In this document: piece after piece, positions 59,126 through 64,000 of the stretch
Position numbering within the stretch: position 1 is the first letter of the stretch
How the letters are laid out: the number at the start of each line of letters is the position of its first letter
From: an uncultured Candidatus Saccharibacteria bacterium
GTDB lineage: Bacteria; Patescibacteriota; Minisyncoccia; Minisyncoccales; Staskawiczbacteraceae
Direction: 5' to 3'
Length of the DNA stretch: 64,000 nucleotides
NCBI GenBank assembly: GCA_964483475.1
Contig: CAZAAH010000003.1
Coordinates: forward strand, 142 to 64,141
Program-made: the position numbers and the translations under genes
Notes under the pieces: generated by a model
What the model was told of the DNA's origin: nothing
Seen by the model: only the letters and a program-made list of their open reading frames with translations
The model's database searches: none

Positions 59126-59857
59126 TTAATGCTCACCAATTGTGGTGTGCAATGAAATGGAAACTAATGTCAGCATAGCAAATAAAAAAGCTTGAATCAA
59201 GCCGACGAAAATTTCCAAAAACAAAAATGGCAATGGAATAAAGTAGGGAGCTAAGAAAAAAATGATAGTCAGCAAAACTTCACCGGCAAAAACATTCCCA
59301 AACAATCTAAATGACAAAGAAATTATTTTCGCAACTTCTGAAACAAGTTCCAGTATTCCTATAAAAAATGCAATGGGATTTTTGAAGTTAAAAAATTTGC
59401 TGGCGTGAGGCAAAATTCCAACGACCGCCATCCCCAAAAGATTAGTTACTATTACAGAAATTAGGGCAAAAGATAAGGTAAAATTTAAATCAGCCGCCGG
59501 AGAACGAAAAACCGGCACTTTATTTGCGCCGTTGTTAATAAAAAAAGATCCAACTCCGGGCAAAATTCCCAATAAGTTTGAAGTTAGTATGAAAATAAAA
59601 ATGGTGGCAATGAGAGGAAAATACTTTTCGGCCCTTTCGGCGGACCCCAAGGTTTCTGACATTAAATTCAAAAACCATTCCATTCCCATTTCAATGGCCC
59701 CTTGCAATTTACCTGGAACAATATTCACCTTTTTGTAAGTCAAAAAAGCTAGTGAAACTAACAAGAGAGAAACGATAAACGTTAAAAATAGGCTGTTGGT
59801 TACAGCAAAGTTTCCCAATTTAAATAATTCTTCAGCCTTTAAAGAAATTTCGAACAA
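59126..59857 (-). CDS. atpB: ATP synthase Fo subunit a (TTG start)
   Basis: Conserved Arg in LSFRLFGNVFAGEV. Confidence 0.9.
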   Translation of the reverse strand: MFEISLKAEELFKLGNFAVTNSLFLTFIVSLLLVSLAFLTYKKVNIVPGKLQGAIEMGMEWFLNLMSETLGSAERAEKYFPLIATIFIFILTSNLLGILPGVGSFFINNGANKVPVFRSPAADLNFTLSFALISVIVTNLLGMAVVGILPHASKFFNFKNPIAFFIGILELVSEVAKIISLSFRLFGNVFAGEVLLTIIFFLAPYFIPLPFLFLEIFVGLIQAFLFAMLTLVSISLHTTIGEH

Positions 59858-59879
59858 TTTTTATGTTGCTGCGGGACTA

Positions 59880-59922
59880 GGACTCTCCGCCAGAGGCGGA
59901 TGCGCCTTTGGCGCAGAACCAG
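59880..59922. repeat. 43-bp direct repeat copy 1 (GGACTCTCCGCCAGAGGCGGATGCGCCTTTGGCGCAGAACCAG); second copy at 60280-60322
   Basis: Read directly. Two internal hairpins (GCGCCTTTGGCGC and CCGCCAGAGGCGG). 38 of 43 identical between copies. Confidence 0.65.
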
Positions 59923-59945
59923 TTAAATATTTTTGATCAATAAGC

Positions 59946-60015
59946 TGCGGGACTTGGATTCGAACCAAGATAAGCAGATCCAGAATCTGCTGTCCTACCA
60001 TTAGACGATCCCGCA
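59946..60015 (-). tRNA. tRNA-Gln (anticodon CTG)
   Basis: Manual fold: acceptor TGCGGGA/TCCCGCA, D-arm GTCT-AATGGTA-GGAC, anticodon stem GCAGA/TCTGC with loop TTCTGGA, T-arm CTTGG-TTCGAAT-CCAAG. Confidence 0.75.
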
Positions 60016-60017
60016 GC

Positions 60018-60263
60018 TTATTGATCAAGTATTCTATCCAAAAGGTGACGACCCTGCCCTGATTTTAAAAATAACTCTCTTTTTCTAGCTTCTCCAAGTG
60101 TTTGATATTCTTCTTTATATACTAACTCCCACGGGGCTCTGCCTTTTGTATAACGACATTTCCCAATATTATGTTCAATTAATCTTTTATTTACATCTTT
60201 GGTAACGCCGACATATCTTGTTTTATAATTCAAACTTTTTAAAACATATACGAAACTATTCAT
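60018..60263 (-). CDS. GIY-YIG nuclease family protein (YhbQ/UPF0213-like, about 81 aa)
   Basis: Start set at MNSFVYVLKSLNYKTRYVGVTKDVNKRLIEHN...GRAPWELVYKEEY. The track ORF N-terminus reads through the direct repeat. Confidence 0.7.
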   Translation of the reverse strand: MNSFVYVLKSLNYKTRYVGVTKDVNKRLIEHNIGKCRYTKGRAPWELVYKEEYQTLGEARKRELFLKSGQGRHLLDRILDQ

Positions 60264-60279
60264 TTTATTTTTAAAAATT

Positions 60280-60322
60280 GGATTCTCCGCCGAAGGACGG
60301 ATGCGCCTTTGGCGCAGAACCA
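60280..60322. repeat. 43-bp direct repeat copy 2 (GGATTCTCCGCCGAAGGACGGATGCGCCTTTGGCGCAGAACCAA)
   Basis: Read directly. Confidence 0.65.
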
Positions 60323-60370
60323 AGATAAATAGATCCAGAATCTATTGTCCTACCATTAGACGACCCGGCA
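60317..60370 (-). pseudogene. truncated tRNA-Gln (CTG) copy: 5' portion through the T-stem, fused to the direct repeat, no acceptor 3' strand
   Basis: TGCCGGG-TC-GTCT-AATGGTA-GGAC-A-ATAGA-TTCTGGA-TCTAT-TTAT-CTTGGTTC then the repeat. Compensatory differences from the intact copy in acceptor and anticodon stems. Confidence 0.5.
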
Positions 60371-60501
60371 GCTTTGGCAACGAACTAAATTTATTTTAAA
60401 TACTAAATTATAACAGGAATTACAATCTAAGTCAAAGAAATTTTATTTAAAAAAAGAACCCATCTTGCTATTGCTTGAAGGGCTTTAATTTGCTGATAAT
60501 T

Positions 60502-60909
60502 TTACTTTAGCAAATTTTTTCGGCATCGAGGACATATATACGCTTCTTCTGGCGACCCAAGAACAATCAAATCACTAAACATTTTACAATCCTCGCAAAA
60601 TAGCCGACTTGCTGGCAATGACTCTCGTCCGCATTCGGGACACTTATTGTCTCCTTCCTCAACTTTCTCAAAGAACTTCTCTCCATGGACCGGACAAATA
60701 ACGCGGCTTACTTTTAAACAACTAATGCTACCATCCTCTTCTTTCTTAATCGAAAAAAAATAATCGACATCTTTTCCTTTTGGAACTAGAACGCCTCCCT
60801 CCATTTGAGTTACCGTTTGCATAACCGGGTTATTTCCCGATTTGCTACAACCCAGTAAAACAAACAAGGCAGTGAGAATTGTGAAATGTCTCACGGGTAC
60901 ATCCTCCAA
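60502..60909 (-). CDS. putative lipoprotein with two CxxC zinc-ribbon pairs
   Basis: Lipobox LLGCSK. CPVHG...CPECG...CEDC...CPRC. Confidence 0.5.
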   Translation of the reverse strand: MEDVPVRHFTILTALFVLLGCSKSGNNPVMQTVTQMEGGVLVPKGKDVDYFFSIKKEEDGSISCLKVSRVICPVHGEKFFEKVEEGDNKCPECGRESLPASRLFCEDCKMFSDLIVLGSPEEAYICPRCRKNLLK

Positions 60910-61034
60910 ATTGTAAAAGAGTCAGCAAAACACCGGTTTTAATTTTACAACCTTTAAAAGGTGTTGTCAATATCTCATGTAAAAATGCCTGGGTGCCCAG
61001 GCATTTTTACGCACGATATCATCAAAAAAATGAA

Positions 61035-62531
61035 CTATTCACTGGACGAAGGCGTGGGTTCAGTGGGGGTGGGCGATACAGGACCTATGTCACACATGTC
61101 TTTCTGTCCCGCCGGTGGGACCATACAATGATTTCCTCCTCCTCCTGGTTGCGGTGAGCATTTTTTATTTTTACAATCTAAGTGTGTCTTGCTATTACAT
61201 TCTAAATTATTATTACATTCAGGTTTTCCTGGCCCTGGCACTGGCTGACATACATATCCTCCTGATATTATAGATACACAATCTGCGTGAGTGGTATTAG
61301 TGCAATTACTATTTTGGCCAACGTTACACTTTGGACTACCGCTACCCGAAACACATTGATTACCATCGCAATGACCCTGTTCAAAACAATTTTTTTGACA
61401 TGCCGCGAGGGTAACGCCACTAGCAGATATAATACATTCAGGTTTTCCATCTTTATTAACACATGAGTAGTATTTTTTGGGTTGTGGAGGTGGTGGAGGT
61501 GGAAGTGGAAGTTTTGATTTTTGAAATAAAGCACCGAAGGGCGTAAACATTGACTTAAAGGGTTCTAAAAATAACTGTTTAAGTGTTGGTGATGACAAAG
61601 GGGGTGACGACGGAGGAGATGCCAACACGAGTGGTTTTAAATTATTTTTTTGTTGCAAAGAAGATGGAGTTGATGGGCGACGAGAGGAAGCCGACACAAT
61701 TGACGCGGTGTTTATAACGCATTCGTTAGTACCTCTCTTAATAGTTAAGTTTGTTAAGGTGCTTCCGTTGTCGCAGGTTGAATATTTTACAACCACGGGC
61801 AAAGAAGTTGTTATGCCGACACTGTAGACGCCAGGATTAATATTGTTAATAGTAGTCGACGATGATCCGGTTACAAGATTTCTCTGAAGAGGAGCTGACT
61901 TTAAGGCATCATTTGAATAATTGTATGTTTCATTATAATAAACCATTCCTCCACTTGTTTGGCCTGATGTTGAAGTGGTAGTAGTGGTGGTAGTGGAAGA
62001 TTGTGTGGTTGATGTTTGTGAAGATTGTAATTGAATCCCTGATGTTTCGCTTAAAGGGGTGGGAGGTGGTGGGGACGGCGGAGGTGATGACAGTACAACA
62101 ATCGTAAGAGAGCCGGTTGAAGTATCACCGCCTCCAGTAGATTCAGCGGGGTTTCCTCCATTACCTGTGAAGTTATAGCAACAAACTGGCGAGCTAGGAT
62201 CTGGGCAAGTTCCACTTCCAACCTTTCCTCCAGATGAAGTGCATGCTTCGTTTGAAGATACGCATGATTGGCCTAAGGAGGAGTTATTACAGTTGTTAGG
62301 AATAATATCAGGGGCGCAACAAATATAGTTCGTAGAAATGCCATCAGGACTGCAATTGCCAACCGAATGATATCCCGAGGAACAAACAAAGCCGCTACAA
62401 ATCTGTCCTGGACCATCGCATGGAATCACTCCATCTTGGGCGGCAACTGGAGTTGCAAAGTGAATTTGCAGCGTTAAAGCAAAAACTAAAATTGCAATGA
62501 GTAAAACAATCTTTGAAAAATATTTTTTCAT
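61035..62531 (-). CDS. secreted cysteine-rich protein with T/S/P-rich linker (498 aa)
   Basis: Signal peptide, many Cys in the N- and C-terminal modules, STTTTTTTSTS and PPPSPPPP linkers. Confidence 0.55.
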   Translation of the reverse strand: MKKYFSKIVLLIAILVFALTLQIHFATPVAAQDGVIPCDGPGQICSGFVCSSGYHSVGNCSPDGISTNYICCAPDIIPNNCNNSSLGQSCVSSNEACTSSGGKVGSGTCPDPSSPVCCYNFTGNGGNPAESTGGGDTSTGSLTIVVLSSPPPSPPPPTPLSETSGIQLQSSQTSTTQSSTTTTTTTSTSGQTSGGMVYYNETYNYSNDALKSAPLQRNLVTGSSSTTINNINPGVYSVGITTSLPVVVKYSTCDNGSTLTNLTIKRGTNECVINTASIVSASSRRPSTPSSLQQKNNLKPLVLASPPSSPPLSSPTLKQLFLEPFKSMFTPFGALFQKSKLPLPPPPPPQPKKYYSCVNKDGKPECIISASGVTLAACQKNCFEQGHCDGNQCVSGSGSPKCNVGQNSNCTNTTHADCVSIISGGYVCQPVPGPGKPECNNNLECNSKTHLDCKNKKCSPQPGGGGNHCMVPPAGQKDMCDIGPVSPTPTEPTPSSSE

Positions 62532-62707
62532 AATTTTGAAATTTAAAATTATTACTTTATTTTATCAAAAAAAACAACCCACAGGTAGTTGAACCTGTGG
62601 ATAACTTCGATAAATTTAAAATTTCCAATTTTTAATTTTTAAAGAATGTTTAAATTTTTAAAAATTAGAAAAATATTTATAAAATTACAAAATTAAAAAT
62701 TATAAAA

Positions 62708-63622
62708 TTACTCATTAAGATATTTTCGCACTGCCAAAAAGCTGGAAATAACTCCAAATCCAACCCCCGAGGCCAGCTGGATTAAAATAATATACCAAAT
62801 ATTGGAAAGAAAACGGTCAAAAATATTAAATCCTGGAATAATAGAAGCCAATCCCGGCGACAAAAAATAAACCAATAGTATGGTTGTCAAAAAACAAATA
62901 ACAAAAGAAATAAAACCAAAAATGGCTCCCTCAAAAAGAAATGGGGCCCTTACAAACCAATTTGGAGCTCCAACCGCCCTCATAATTGCTATTTCTTCTT
63001 TTGATATGTAAATGACCAATCTCATCGTGTTGAATATAACGGTTACTGCAATCAAAAGAAAAATGGCGCCCAAAATAAGCCCAAATGTATTAATGTTTGA
63101 AGTGATAGAATATACTTTTTCGATGGTGTCTTTCTTTTGGGAAAAATCAACTTTTTCAACGATGTTGCTATACCTGTCGCTTTCTAAAATATTGGAAACT
63201 TGCTCGTACAGTGATGGCTTGCCCGTTGTAATAATATTTAAAGAAGGCAAAAATGGGTTGCCACCAACTTCGCCCAAAGCTTTTGAAAAAACATCATTTC
63301 CTTTGTTTTTTTCCGTAAATTCATTAAGTGCTTGTTCTTTTGAAACATAGGTGACTTGTTTTATTTCAGGAGATATTTTTAAAATTTCGTCTTTGACGTT
63401 TAAAATATCTTGCTCTGGAGTATCTTGCTTAAAGTAAGCGGTAATATCAATTTTATTTTGGACGCTCAAAATTAAAAAATGGCTTGCATCTTGAACCAGA
63501 AAAAGGCCGGTAATAATTAATGTTGTGACCGTTAAAACAAAAATTGCCGCCAAAGAAATCCCCTTGTTGCGATAAAAATCAGCTAAAGCGAAACTAAAAA
63601 CCCTTTTTAAATTTGTGAGCAT
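62708..63622 (-). CDS. ftsX: cell division permease FtsX
   Basis: N-terminal TM, periplasmic domain, three C-terminal TM segments. Adjacent to ftsE. Confidence 0.85.
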   Translation of the reverse strand: MLTNLKRVFSFALADFYRNKGISLAAIFVLTVTTLIITGLFLVQDASHFLILSVQNKIDITAYFKQDTPEQDILNVKDEILKISPEIKQVTYVSKEQALNEFTEKNKGNDVFSKALGEVGGNPFLPSLNIITTGKPSLYEQVSNILESDRYSNIVEKVDFSQKKDTIEKVYSITSNINTFGLILGAIFLLIAVTVIFNTMRLVIYISKEEIAIMRAVGAPNWFVRAPFLFEGAIFGFISFVICFLTTILLVYFLSPGLASIIPGFNIFDRFLSNIWYIILIQLASGVGFGVISSFLAVRKYLNE

Positions 63623-63755
63623 GCGACTGAAAGGAGCACCCCGCCCTCTAAGCTAATTTTTAGATGGTTAGGTGCTTTTTAATTTAATTGTTAATATTTA
63701 TAAATAAATTCTTCAATAACTGCATAGAGGGCTGGGTTTTCGTCGCTACGCTCCT

Positions 63756-64000
63756 CAAATTATGAACGCTCCTTTTGCCTCGTCCCTAATTATTTTACCA
63801 TTTTCTATGGTAATTACCCTCCTGCCCAGTTTATTGATAATTTCCCGGTCGTGGGTCAGCAATATTACCGTTGTCCCAACTTTGTTGATTTTTTCTAAAA
63901 TTGAAACAACTTCGTAGGCATTGTAGGGATCAAGATTCCCGGTTGGCTCGTCTGCAATAATAACATCGGGGTGGCTGACCAGGGCCCTGGCAAACGCCAG
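63756..64000 (-). CDS. ftsE: cell division ATP-binding protein FtsE (C-terminal part; runs off the window)
   Basis: FARALVSHPDVIIADEPTGNLDP (Walker B / D-loop), ABC C-terminus. Confidence 0.8.

Overview
This is a low-GC (about one-third G+C by eye) bacterial chromosomal segment. Almost every gene lies on the minus strand. The gene content is typical of a reduced-genome organism; by inference it could be Patescibacteria/CPR-like, because L30 is absent between rpsE and rplO, several ribosomal proteins carry low-complexity extensions, and there are many small hypothetical proteins. Reading right to left on the minus strand the window holds: ftsE (partial) and ftsX; Cys-rich secreted proteins; a tRNA-Gln/GIY-YIG islet; the complete F1Fo ATP synthase operon (atpBEFHAG, an extra charged ORF, atpD, a short atpC); an SDR oxidoreductase and gdh; tgt, sodA, a SpoU methyltransferase and a SWIB-domain protein; an adenylate-kinase-like paralog; a 1421-aa giant surface protein with a related 560-aa surface protein next to a histidine kinase and response regulator; tRNA-Pro and rpmB (plus strand); an M50 protease; rpsL, rpsG, fusA and tuf; the S10/spc ribosomal cluster from rpsJ to rplO; secY, adk and map; a SanA remnant; tpiA; an ArsR-family regulator; GC-rich pyrF and a frameshifted pyrE; alaS; a family-4 UDG; CAP-domain, PEBP and YfcE-like proteins; rnhB, rpmF, nusB, rnc and rpsP; khpA and trmD; tRNA-Tyr, tRNA-Thr and rpmG. 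The most notable feature is a GC-rich island of about 3 kb (2380-5460) wedged between the rpsP terminator and khpA. It carries six small minus-strand genes, each with a Shine-Dalgarno sequence, separated by four long imperfect inverted repeats of 47-116 bp (B, C and A have conserved ends CCCTTCTTTCA / TGAAAGAARGG; the fourth, D, is related but more degenerate), which gives a cassette-array / attC-like architecture. Other observations: a family of GCTNAGC-centred hairpins around the tRNAs; an intergenic palindromic repeat family of about 80 bp (CTACGAAATACGAAT...) in the atp operon and between rpsG and rpsL; a tRNA-Gln locus with a GIY-YIG gene flanked by 43-bp direct repeats and a truncated second tRNA-Gln copy; twin operator palindromes around the ArsR-family gene upstream of the decaying GC-rich pyrEF; and giant beta-helix-like surface proteins.
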